Shown one piece after another: positions 26,515 through 35,281 of a stretch of DNA of 64,000 nt (position 1 is the stretch's first letter; every line of letters starts with the position of its first letter). Location: contig CACXGE010000066.1 of the NCBI GenBank assembly GCA_902767135.1, positions 5,313 through 69,312 on the forward strand. Direction: 5' to 3'. A program made the position numbers and the translations under genes. The notes under the pieces were generated by a model. The model was not told the origin of the DNA and searched no databases. It worked only from the letters and a program-made list of their open reading frames with translations. Origin of the DNA: an uncultured Lachnospiraceae bacterium. Lineage in GTDB: Bacteria > Bacillota > Clostridia > Lachnospirales > Lachnospiraceae.

Positions 26515-29040
26515 TTATTCTTTCGACCAGTTTTCATAGCTTACCAAATCGGCAATGTCTAATTTATTGGTTCCATTCTTATTGTTATCTGATTTGCTTG
26601 TAATGTCCATTCCACTGTAGAATAAATCTTTTACAGCAATATTTCTCAGTTCTGTCTTACTTCCTATCAAAACTGGCAATTCTTTTGTAATATTCAATAC
26701 ACGTCTTACATCTTCTGCATTGTACTGGATATCCCCACTACTCTTTAAGTAAATAGTTCCACCACACACAATAGTTCCTTGAAACGCCCTATTCACCTGC
26801 ACATCTCCTGTGGCAATCAACAGGGAAGTTTCTGGATCTATTTTTGTTCCATCTACATTACAAACACCTTGCCCTTTATTGTTTACAACCAATGCTTTTA
26901 CTTTTTGTTCCGTATTTTCAAAAGTTACCGTAGAACCCAATGGACATATGTTATTTAATAAATCCACATTAATCAAGTTCTCAAAAATTGCATTTTCTTT
27001 CAACACCTTTGTCTTGGTGATTCCGTCTGCATCTGTGTAGGAAATACTCTCTCCCACCACAGAGTTTGCCAGTAGATTCAGACAATATCCGGTATACGCC
27101 TTGGTATAGAAGTCAATTTCCTTATCTATATTTGCACTTTCACCAGTTGCCTGATCTGTAGCCAGGGTACTTTCTACGATTTCATAGCTTACTTCCTTGG
27201 TATCCTCATCCTCTACCCTACGGATTACGTTACCTGCTACATTGAAGTTGTCAATTCCAATTGCTCCATTTTCATCCACAGGCACCTCTAACTGTGACAG
27301 ATAAATATTCAGATAATCTTTGATATGTTTGCTGTCTTCCTTGAAATAATCCCGAAAGAACTTGGACGCATCCTGCTGGGTCTCAAAGGTCATGTAGTAG
27401 TACACATAGGTATCTGAGGTTCCTCCCCCTACCGGCACATAACGGTTGATAAAGGAGGCATTGTACTTCTGGGCCAAATTATTTGTTTTCGCGGCAGTGT
27501 CTGCACCTGGTGTAGTGCTCGGTGCTGCTGTGACACCCTTGCTGCTGTCAGAATCTTTTCCCCAATACACCTGCACAGCCACCTTTTTTCCATTGTTGGT
27601 CTTACCTGCAGCACAATATTTATCAAAATTTTCCACCCGATCACTCTGCAGCCACTCGTAGTCCCAGCCCGGTGATGCATAGCCATCCAGCTTTGACTGA
27701 AGCACCGGATTGGTTCCCAATACCTGTTTGAAGCTGCCATCATCTTCCTGAATGTATCCAATTAAGTCAGCGGGAACCAGGTAGGCAATCTGTGCAACCT
27801 TGGCACTGACGGATTCTCCCATCATAATATCCCGGTTCTGAATTGTACCCACCGATGCATAAGGAGTAATATTTGCACTGTCTTTTCCACTGCGCACAAA
27901 GGTTCCAATATAGGCATTTCCCGGCAACAATAATCTATCTAATCCAGTCATGGACACCTTTGCCCTGGTACCATTGATGACAATGGCACTGCTCTCTGAT
28001 GCCTTTCCAAGGGATTCCCCTGCTTCATTTTTTGCCACATTGGTCTTTCCAAAACCAATATACTGATGCTGTAGGTTCAAAGTACTCTCATCCCCCAACA
28101 AGGTAGAGTCGTCCTTTACATAACTAGTTCCCAGCAATTCTACCTTCGCACCGTTATCTACCACCACGTTGGTAGTCCAAAGACTACTCCTACTGTCCAC
28201 TGAAAGTCCAGCCCTATTTCCGTCTGCAGACACAGTTCCATTTGTGATAATCAGTTCTGAGTCATGAAACGACACATTGGAACCATAGGAAGTAAAAATT
28301 CCGTCTTTTCCACCAAAAACACATCCAGAAATTTTTGTATTTTCACCATCTTTACTCTGTATGCTGTCGTTGGCAATCAAACTATAATTTACCAACTGTG
28401 GGATGGTAACTGCAGTATCAAAAGAAATGGCAGGCACTGCCACTCTGATATCCGTCTGAATCTTGGTAACATATCCTTTCTTATCCTTATAACAGACAAA
28501 TATATTCTTCAATACTACTCCATCCTTGCTGGCAGATATGGTAGCATCCTTTCCACTGGCTACCTCTACCGTAGCCCCCGGACTGGTCTTGATATCCGAA
28601 GTCAACACTTCTGCCGGAACCATACCACGAATTTTATCAATATCGTATTCTCTATCGTTATTTGCCTTCTGTACCCCACCTGTAAATTCCTTTACATAGG
28701 TATAGAGAAATCCATCGCTACGTTCTTCCTGGGTTTTGTACTTTTGATTGTTGTAGTTTTGCATAACCTCCATATATGCTACATCCGTAGCATCGGATGC
28801 ATTTTTCTGCAAGCCTGCTTTGATTTCTTCCAACACACCTTCCGCTGAGTAGAAGTTATTCTTAGAATTGGCATCGTTTGCTTTCATGTGAAAGTTGGCA
28901 AGACACATATAGAGTGACATTACCACCAAAATCCCCATCATTGCCATAATCACAACCACTAGAACAATGGCAGCACCCTGGTTGTTGGAGAACACATTAT
29001 TTTTTTTGATTTGCTTTATTTTATTTTTTATGCTCATCAT
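26515..29040 (-). CDS. Oversized (841 aa) PilX/GspK-like pseudopilin lacking Glu5
   Basis: The N-terminus ...NNQG/AAIVLVVVIMAMMGILVVMSLYM is a pilin-like hydrophobic helix with no acidic residue at +5. It sits among the minor pilin genes. The central part is rich in short beta-strand repeats (for example NGTVSADGNRAGLSVDSRSSLWTTNVVVDNGAKVELLG). Confidence 0.75.
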   Translation of the reverse strand: MMSIKNKIKQIKKNNVFSNNQGAAIVLVVVIMAMMGILVVMSLYMCLANFHMKANDANSKNNFYSAEGVLEEIKAGLQKNASDATDVAYMEVMQNYNNQKYKTQEERSDGFLYTYVKEFTGGVQKANNDREYDIDKIRGMVPAEVLTSDIKTSPGATVEVASGKDATISASKDGVVLKNIFVCYKDKKGYVTKIQTDIRVAVPAISFDTAVTIPQLVNYSLIANDSIQSKDGENTKISGCVFGGKDGIFTSYGSNVSFHDSELIITNGTVSADGNRAGLSVDSRSSLWTTNVVVDNGAKVELLGTSYVKDDSTLLGDESTLNLQHQYIGFGKTNVAKNEAGESLGKASESSAIVINGTRAKVSMTGLDRLLLPGNAYIGTFVRSGKDSANITPYASVGTIQNRDIMMGESVSAKVAQIAYLVPADLIGYIQEDDGSFKQVLGTNPVLQSKLDGYASPGWDYEWLQSDRVENFDKYCAAGKTNNGKKVAVQVYWGKDSDSSKGVTAAPSTTPGADTAAKTNNLAQKYNASFINRYVPVGGGTSDTYVYYYMTFETQQDASKFFRDYFKEDSKHIKDYLNIYLSQLEVPVDENGAIGIDNFNVAGNVIRRVEDEDTKEVSYEIVESTLATDQATGESANIDKEIDFYTKAYTGYCLNLLANSVVGESISYTDADGITKTKVLKENAIFENLINVDLLNNICPLGSTVTFENTEQKVKALVVNNKGQGVCNVDGTKIDPETSLLIATGDVQVNRAFQGTIVCGGTIYLKSSGDIQYNAEDVRRVLNITKELPVLIGSKTELRNIAVKDLFYSGMDITSKSDNNKNGTNKLDIADLVSYENWSKE

Positions 29041-29054
29041 ACATTATCCTCACT

Positions 29055-30446
29055 TTACTTTGTTACACCATGTTCACTATCTAAGGTTGTCAACGGACTT
29101 ACCCCGCTAAAGTTGGCATCATAAGCCCCACTGGCATACACTTCAACCTTTGTAGTATAAATATGTATATCATCATTCTTGGCATCTGTCACATCTGATA
29201 CCTGGTCATAAAACTGATTTCCTGTCGCTGTCTGTTTTCCCCCTGCATAAGTACGCTCAAAAATGCCCTGTGTGGTAACCTTTGCAGGATTTTGCTTGTT
29301 GTCCACCATATCCTTTAAGTCATATCCAATGTTGGTACGGATACAGGTAGGATTATGGTCTGCATCTGCCTGGTCATTTAAGGAAACCTTCACTTTATAT
29401 GCTTTTTCTTCCTGGGAAAGCAGTACACTTTCTATACTGTTTTGCTTTACAAGAAATACATTTACCGGTATGTTTTCGGGATTGTTAATCACAATGCTAT
29501 CCTTGATATCCATGGCATTTTTAGATTCATAATGTGGATTGTACAAAATATAGACATTGCGAAGTGGCTTCATATCTGCCGGGTCTGTGGCTTTGTTGTT
29601 GAATAATTCATAATCCACGTCCTCGTAATATCTGTTTCCGATATTTGCCGAAGTGTAGACCGTACCATCAATCACATATTTTTGTGGAATTTCCACTTTG
29701 TATTTTACTTTCACGATGGTTACCCTGTCTGTGGTATTGCTTGGAGAAAAATCCTCTGTCCCGATATCTACAATAATCGAACGACTAGCTCTGCTTTCCA
29801 CGTCGGAGGTGCTCAGATTGTACCCCGAGATGACAGTTCTGTTGGCAAGCTCTGCACACAGGTTCCCTATAGTTTCTCCGCTTTCGGTATACAAACCATC
29901 CTGTTCCTTGTCATAAGAAGCCAAATCCACATAGCCTACAGAGTTTTTATATTTTACCTCGCCATCTGGAATAGACGCAACATCACCATAATACTTACTG
30001 GCATCTAAAGTCACCTTTACGTCATAGGTCTTTCCATCATAATCTAATCCCTTGATTCCATAGTAATACACATTGCTGGCATGCTTGGTAATCTCTGTGC
30101 TGCCTGCATTTATTGCGGTATTGACTTCCGAAGCATTTTCATTAATGAAAAATTCCTTGTGGGCACTATTCGCCACATCATACATTCCCTTTGGAAGTAC
30201 CGTTAAATCATTGGTATTTGAGTTATCTAATTCCCTTGCCACTGAGTCAAAGCTTTCATTGGAGAGTGCCTCCATGACAGACTGGGCAACTGCTGTCTGA
30301 TTCATAATCTTGTCTGACCGATTGTTCACCTTCATAGAAGTTATAATTCCCCTTAAAATCGGTGCTACAATAATCGCCACAATGGCCACTGCAACCAAGA
30401 TTTCTACAAGGGTAAAACCGTCATTGTTATTATATCTTTTTTTCAT
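29055..30446 (-). CDS. Large minor pilin (463 aa) with prepilin-type N-terminus
   Basis: MKKRYNNNDG/FTLVEILVAVAIVAIIVAPIL gives G/FTLVE with Glu5. The SD is GGGAGG. Confidence 0.88.
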   Translation of the reverse strand: MKKRYNNNDGFTLVEILVAVAIVAIIVAPILRGIITSMKVNNRSDKIMNQTAVAQSVMEALSNESFDSVARELDNSNTNDLTVLPKGMYDVANSAHKEFFINENASEVNTAINAGSTEITKHASNVYYYGIKGLDYDGKTYDVKVTLDASKYYGDVASIPDGEVKYKNSVGYVDLASYDKEQDGLYTESGETIGNLCAELANRTVISGYNLSTSDVESRASRSIIVDIGTEDFSPSNTTDRVTIVKVKYKVEIPQKYVIDGTVYTSANIGNRYYEDVDYELFNNKATDPADMKPLRNVYILYNPHYESKNAMDIKDSIVINNPENIPVNVFLVKQNSIESVLLSQEEKAYKVKVSLNDQADADHNPTCIRTNIGYDLKDMVDNKQNPAKVTTQGIFERTYAGGKQTATGNQFYDQVSDVTDAKNDDIHIYTTKVEVYASGAYDANFSGVSPLTTLDSEHGVTK

Positions 30447-30470
30447 ATTAACCTCCCTTGCTAAGTCTAT

Positions 30471-30597
30471 GTAACAGTTTCACCCATAAGTTGAACTGTT
30501 ACAAAATGGAGCAACACTTCACATTTTAAATTGCCCCATTTTTGTTAAATCAATGTTCTTATACGGTCAGCCCAAAGACTGCGCCAACCTGCCTGAA
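30471..30597 (-). repeat. Three-hairpin intergenic repeat, copy C (reads in element orientation on the minus strand)
   Basis: Aligns over about 127 nt with copies at 52865-52994 and 54425-54552. Shared blocks are TTCAGGCAGGT, GCTGACCGT, ATTTAACAAAAAT-GGGCAATTT and GTAACAGTT...AACTGTTAC, and all three stems are preserved. Confidence 0.8.
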
Positions 30598-30618
30598 CGT
30601 TACATGTCTATTGCAACT

Positions 30619-30647
30619 TTACCCAAAGCAGCCTGTGCTTTGGGTAA
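30619..30647 (-). other. Perfect 12-bp stem-loop 22 nt downstream of the pilO stop
   Basis: TTACCCAAAGCA-5 nt-TGCTTTGGGTAA with no following U-tract. Confidence 0.55.
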
Positions 30648-30668
30648 TTAATAATTCACTAAAATTCA

Positions 30669-31427
30669 CTAGCGGACAGAACGAAATGGGTTGCTTGTTC
30701 CAACGGAAACACCATTGACATCCGGTGTTTCATACACTTCGTCTGTTCCCTGCATATAGTAGAAATTAGAAGTCATAGTACCTGAAAGCAATCCTGTTTC
30801 CTCATTGTAAGTCAGTGACACTTCCTCAATACTCTTCTTGTCTGCATCTCCTGCCATTGCAGTAATCAACTGTTTAAATGATACATAGTTTACATCAAAA
30901 GCGGTAGAAACAGGCACATAATAAAGCTTTACATCTGTATATGCACTTGCATCTGACAATACTGCACCATCTGTGGAAGCTGTATCATCGGCTGCAGCTG
31001 CTGTATCTGTTGTAGCAGTTGTTGTTCCAGCCAGCATTTCGTCTACATTGATGGTTTCCGGAACCGGATAAGCTGCCTCGTAGTTTACCGCGCTTGGCAT
31101 TCCAAGGGCACTGGCATAGTACTCACCAAGGCTTCCCTCTAAACCGTTAATATAGAGGATATCATCTTCTTCTTTCATACCTGCCGGAAATTCTTCCTTG
31201 ATTTCCTGGTTTTCTCCCTTAAACTGTTCTGTATCTGCAAGATACTGTTCTCTGTTCTTGTCTAAGTCCTTTAACTTTACAATCACATCATCTAAAATCT
31301 GATTTTCCTGTTTTAACGCCTCTGTCTTCTCCTGAAGATTTAGGAAGACAAAGAAGTACACTGCAAGTACAACCAACACACCTGCAACAACCAATAAAAT
31401 ATTACGATCTCTCTTTGAAAAATTCAT
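30669..31427 (-). CDS. pilO: Type IV pilus assembly protein PilO
   Basis: 252 aa, bitopic: short cytoplasmic N-terminus, TM LLVVAGVLVVLAVYFFVFL, then a coiled-coil (LQEKTEALKQENQILDDVIVKLKDL). It sits directly after pilMN. Confidence 0.8.
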   Translation of the reverse strand: MNFSKRDRNILLVVAGVLVVLAVYFFVFLNLQEKTEALKQENQILDDVIVKLKDLDKNREQYLADTEQFKGENQEIKEEFPAGMKEEDDILYINGLEGSLGEYYASALGMPSAVNYEAAYPVPETINVDEMLAGTTTATTDTAAAADDTASTDGAVLSDASAYTDVKLYYVPVSTAFDVNYVSFKQLITAMAGDADKKSIEEVSLTYNEETGLLSGTMTSNFYYMQGTDEVYETPDVNGVSVGTSNPFRSVR

Positions 31428-31445
31428 ATTTGTCTCCTCCCCTTA

Positions 31446-33332
31446 CTACTGTGCACTTACGGTTGGTGTTACCGATGCTTCTGCACTTTCTGTAACTGCC
31501 GCTGTCACGGTAGCTTCTGGTGTCAAAGTAGCTTCTGCTCCCGGTGTTACGGTGGCATCGGCTGCGACAGTAGCTTCCGGTGTCAATGTGGCATCTAAGG
31601 TACCCTCTGTGGTAGGAGCCACAGTAGGCTCTACAATTTCTGCCACCTCTGTGTCTTTGGTATCTTCCAAACCGATGGCATCTAATTCCATCTGCTCTTT
31701 ATTCTTGTACACACCATCCACGGTAAGATTTACTTCTCTCACTCCGGTTTCAGACTTGGTATCTGCAATAGATTCCACTCTGATATCTTCTACACTGTTA
31801 AAGGTTCTAAACTGGGTAATTACTTTTGCAGCTTCCTTCTTGTTGTTCACACTGAGTCCAATATTAAAGCTCTCTCTATTAGAAGTAAGACTGGTAATCT
31901 TAACAGAAGAAGGCATCTTCTTTTCCATTTCCTGAATAAAATCAACTAATTCGTTGTTGTGTGTCCAGGTATAGTCTTCAATGGTTGTCAGATAATCGTT
32001 TTCTGCTTTCGTCTCTACGTACTCATTGTAGATTGGCTCAATGGAACGCAAGCTTTCTACCAACGTTTTATCATGAGAATTGGTCTGTTTTTCAATGGTA
32101 TATGGAATGACAGACCAGGCAATCAATACCACTGAAATTCCCATACATACTGCAAACCCTATCACCGGAATGATGTTTTTATCCACTCCTGCCACGGTGG
32201 AAGAAGACTTTTTCTTCTTCACTTCATATAGATTGATTGGTGCCATTGCCGCACCGATATTTTCGATGTATTCACCAAAGGTTGCGTCTTTGAAGAATCT
32301 ATCGATATGTAATCCTGTAATCTTTGAAAGCACTATAACCTTGCTTCCAATGGAATTTGTCATCAATTTCGAAAGTCCTGCAAACTCTCCACCTGCACCG
32401 GTCAAATAAATCTTTGTAATCGGTGTCTTTGGATATCTGGAATTGTAGAAGTCCAACATATGAATAGTCTGACTGATCAGTGGCCCAAAGGACTCTGTCA
32501 CTGCTGTCTTGGCATCTAACAATTCTTTACTGATGTCAACGGTATCTTCTGTCTCGATATCTTCTTCCATATCCGAGAACTGATCCTGTAAACTAAGTCT
32601 GATACAAGTCTTTCTATGTGCTAAGGTCTGTGCCTGCTCATAGCTTAGTTTTGGTCCAAAAGCTTTATTGTTCTGAATTTCAATAATCGCATCATCTACA
32701 CCATATGGTATGGTACGAGATAACAATACAGAGTCATTTTCAATGACCATCATCAGGGAAGACTTCTCTCCCACCTTCATAATTAAGTTGGCACCAGAAA
32801 CACATTCTGCCTTGGCTACCTGGTATACTGAATTACCTGCATAGTCCACAGCTACAATTTCCAAGTCACACAATTCTGCCAACTGGGTATATCCGTCAAA
32901 CAGTGATTTTGGTGCAGCCAACACCTGAATCTTGTATCTTTTGCCCTGCTCGTCTTCCTCTGTACCAAGGATATTGTGAGAAATCTGATAATTTGCCAAA
33001 TCGATTGGGAAATAATCTGCCGCATTTGCCATAACCATTGGTCCAATTCGATTTGCCTTTACATATGGAAGCTTTACTTCCCTTGTGGCAATTTTGGTAG
33101 ACTGAACCGTAAACACCACATATTTGGTACGCATATTCTTGTCGATAATCATGTTGCGTAAGCTGGTTGCAAAGGACTTAATATCTCCCTGCAGAACACC
33201 GTCTGAAATTACCCCTTCCGGTGTTTTCATTGAAAAGCTCTGATAAATTCTTGGGTTTTTGGAGCGGTAATCCATAAGACACACTCTTGTCATAGTATCA
33301 CCGACTTTAATACTTAATACTTTCGAAATCAT
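31446..33332 (-). CDS. pilM: Fused PilM (actin-like ATPase fold)-PilN pilus assembly protein with a T/A/E/P-rich C-terminal tail
   Basis: 628 aa. The N-terminal ~370 aa look PilM-like (VLSIKVGDT..., AVDYAGNS..., LTGAGGEFAGL). A TM follows (IIPVIGFAVCMGISVVLIAWSV), then a PilN-like periplasmic-type domain and a low-complexity tail. Confidence 0.85.
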   Translation of the reverse strand: MISKVLSIKVGDTMTRVCLMDYRSKNPRIYQSFSMKTPEGVISDGVLQGDIKSFATSLRNMIIDKNMRTKYVVFTVQSTKIATREVKLPYVKANRIGPMVMANAADYFPIDLANYQISHNILGTEEDEQGKRYKIQVLAAPKSLFDGYTQLAELCDLEIVAVDYAGNSVYQVAKAECVSGANLIMKVGEKSSLMMVIENDSVLLSRTIPYGVDDAIIEIQNNKAFGPKLSYEQAQTLAHRKTCIRLSLQDQFSDMEEDIETEDTVDISKELLDAKTAVTESFGPLISQTIHMLDFYNSRYPKTPITKIYLTGAGGEFAGLSKLMTNSIGSKVIVLSKITGLHIDRFFKDATFGEYIENIGAAMAPINLYEVKKKKSSSTVAGVDKNIIPVIGFAVCMGISVVLIAWSVIPYTIEKQTNSHDKTLVESLRSIEPIYNEYVETKAENDYLTTIEDYTWTHNNELVDFIQEMEKKMPSSVKITSLTSNRESFNIGLSVNNKKEAAKVITQFRTFNSVEDIRVESIADTKSETGVREVNLTVDGVYKNKEQMELDAIGLEDTKDTEVAEIVEPTVAPTTEGTLDATLTPEATVAADATVTPGAEATLTPEATVTAAVTESAEASVTPTVSAQ

Positions 33333-33389
33333 ATTATCTCTCCCTATCTTGATATAATGTAAAACATATATTCTATTTACAAAACGACC

Positions 33390-33452
33390 AATGCTAATAG
33401 TATAGCATTTTCCAAACAGTTCAATTTTTAAGCTGTTTGAAAAATACTATAC
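33390..33452 (-). promoter_or_regulatory. Structured pilD-pilMN intergenic RNA element: 20-bp-arm hairpin overlapping an alternative 7-bp hairpin
   Basis: Arms at 33400-33419 and 33433-33452. On the sense (minus) strand all 20 positions pair (18 Watson-Crick plus 2 G.U), while on the plus strand those two positions are C.A mismatches. A second hairpin, AATGCTA-6 nt-TAGCATT (33390-33409), competes for the same nucleotides. Confidence 0.55.
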
Positions 33453-33476
33453 CTGCCGTTATTGTTTTCCACTTCA

Positions 33477-34235
33477 CTAGCCTAACGCAGTAGTTAAATA
33501 CCACTGAATCATTTCATTTCCAAACAAGGCACTGACCATAATCCCAATGGATAGATAAGGTCCCAATGCCAGCACATTCTCTGCCCCACTGACTCTCATT
33601 CGAATCAAGTGACACACGGAGCCTACAATGCAGCCAATTCCAAAGGAAAGCAAGATAAGCTTCCAGCCTAACAATAATCCTGCTGCTGCCATCAGCTTCA
33701 TATCTCCTCCTCCAAAGCCTCTGCCCTGGGTAATGAGAATCACAATAGCAATAAATCCACTGACTGCAAAAAATCCTATCACATAGGACAGCCAGTTTTC
33801 ATAGTCTGCTGCCACCTGCACCAGACCCAATATAAAAATAAATACATTGATTCCAAAAGGAATCTCATAGGTACGCCAGTCAATGACGCTTAATACCAGT
33901 AAGGCAGAGCCTAAAAAACAATACAAAAAACTCTTTACCTGAAATCCACAAACAAAAAACACAAGTATATACAATATCCCGTTGGCTAATTCCACCAAAG
34001 GATACTGTATAGAAATGTGTGTTTTACACTTCCGGCACTTTCCACCCAGGCAAAGGTAGCTGAAAAGTGGTATTAAATCATACCATTTCAGCTGATACCC
34101 ACATTGCATGCAATGAGAGCGTTCCTTTGCTATACTCTGCTTCACTGGAATCCGATAAATACATACATTCAAAAAGCTTCCAAAGATAATACCATATAGA
34201 AATATAATACCGTAAAGTATAATCTGGCTGGTCAT
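33477..34235 (-). CDS. pilD: Prepilin peptidase (A24 family aspartic protease / N-methyltransferase)
   Basis: 252 aa, polytopic. Has the N-terminal CxxC...CxxC (CMQCGY...CRKCK) and catalytic Asp motifs VIDWRTYEIP and GGGDMKLMAAAG. Confidence 0.93.
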   Translation of the reverse strand: MTSQIILYGIIFLYGIIFGSFLNVCIYRIPVKQSIAKERSHCMQCGYQLKWYDLIPLFSYLCLGGKCRKCKTHISIQYPLVELANGILYILVFFVCGFQVKSFLYCFLGSALLVLSVIDWRTYEIPFGINVFIFILGLVQVAADYENWLSYVIGFFAVSGFIAIVILITQGRGFGGGDMKLMAAAGLLLGWKLILLSFGIGCIVGSVCHLIRMRVSGAENVLALGPYLSIGIMVSALFGNEMIQWYLTTALG

Positions 34236-34255
34236 AGGGGTGTTCCTTTCGTGTT

Positions 34256-34699
34256 TTAATTTGGCGTAACGTTGCCGTTACTATTTGTGTATGTAATATT
34301 ACAAGCCGGCCACTGGGTATTGGAAAATTTCACTTCGATTTTGGAATAGCTTTTACTTACCAATCGTGTTTTGTCATAATTTGTGCCCAGTACCGATTTT
34401 AAATAAGTGTCCAAATGGCTAGGGTTAGCCCCCGCCCCCGTGGCACTTATGATAACATCTCTGTTGGGAGTCAAAGTTATGATGTATTCGCCCCCCTCCA
34501 TGTTTTCTTCTTCATCACTGAGAAGCATGGCACAACTTTTGCGAATTTCGTCTGCCTGTCTTTCATCTTTAGCCACCCTGGACTTTTCCACATATTTTAC
34601 ATACTGTGGTGCAAGGATTGCTATCAATACTGCCATGATTGCCACAACAATAATCAGCTCAACCAAAGAAAAGCCTGCATCCCGTCCTTCTTTCTCCAT
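34256..34699 (-). CDS. pilA: Type IV pilin (second of a tandem pair)
   Basis: MEKEGRDAG/FSLVELIIVVAIMAVLIAILAPQYVKYVEKSRV. The track start at 34705 is GTG, and ATG 34699 follows GGAAGG. 147 aa. Confidence 0.88.
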   Translation of the reverse strand: MEKEGRDAGFSLVELIIVVAIMAVLIAILAPQYVKYVEKSRVAKDERQADEIRKSCAMLLSDEEENMEGGEYIITLTPNRDVIISATGAGANPSHLDTYLKSVLGTNYDKTRLVSKSYSKIEVKFSNTQWPACNITYTNSNGNVTPN

Positions 34700-34723
34700 A
34701 CCCACTAACCTTCCATTCTATCA

Positions 34724-35164
34724 CTATTTCGTATAATTATTTGTAGGATCAGATACTGTTACAGTCGGAACCTTAATATTAGCATTATTTGGATCTGCTT
34801 TAAACTCAACTTTGATAGTTACAGTCTTAGAATTATATGTCTTAGACTTTAAATTAGCATTTGCGATACTAGTCAATGCTGAAATTTCTGTTGATGCCTG
34901 AGTATCACTAACTGATGCCCCAGCTGTTCCACCTGTAATACTGATTGTAAAATCATTAGTAATCTGTGAATCTGGATCTGATACAGCTGTTTCTGCTGAC
35001 TTCTTCAGTTCATCAAGAGTATCTACGTCTGCTGACACTCTTGACTTTTCTACATACTTCATGTACTGTGGTGCTAAAATACCAATTAAGATAGCCATAA
35101 TAGCTACTACGATGATAAGTTCTACTAATGAGAAACCTTTGTTGTTTGAAAATCTCTTCTTCAT
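34724..35164 (-). CDS. pilA: Type IV pilin, likely the major subunit
   Basis: MKKRFSNNKG/FSLVELIIVVAIMAILIGILAPQYMKYVEKSRV. 146 aa. It is the first pilin after pilC, preceded by a 117-nt AT-rich spacer and a strong SD (GGAGAGAG). Confidence 0.9.
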   Translation of the reverse strand: MKKRFSNNKGFSLVELIIVVAIMAILIGILAPQYMKYVEKSRVSADVDTLDELKKSAETAVSDPDSQITNDFTISITGGTAGASVSDTQASTEISALTSIANANLKSKTYNSKTVTIKVEFKADPNNANIKVPTVTVSDPTNNYTK

Positions 35165-35281
35165 ATTGCTCTCTCCTTTTACCTTTTAAAAATTTTATAG
35201 TTTTTAAATTTATAACAAATCGTCCCCCTATTGACGAATTATTACCAAGTGTAATCCCCTTATATTTATACTCTTCTTTTT

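Noticed and set aside
28264-28848. 194-aa plus-strand ORF, together with many other 60-135-aa track ORFs antisense to or overlapping long genes (for example 1485-1883, 4216-4587, 9875-10282, 22724-23308, 35604-35990, 46429-46875, 57522-58109).
   Set aside because: All lie inside or opposite long, well-supported genes. They have no SD and low-complexity or Cys/His/Phe/Leu-rich junk-like translations. They are explained by the codon bias of the opposite strand. 57522-58109 additionally runs through the metY start and its leader.
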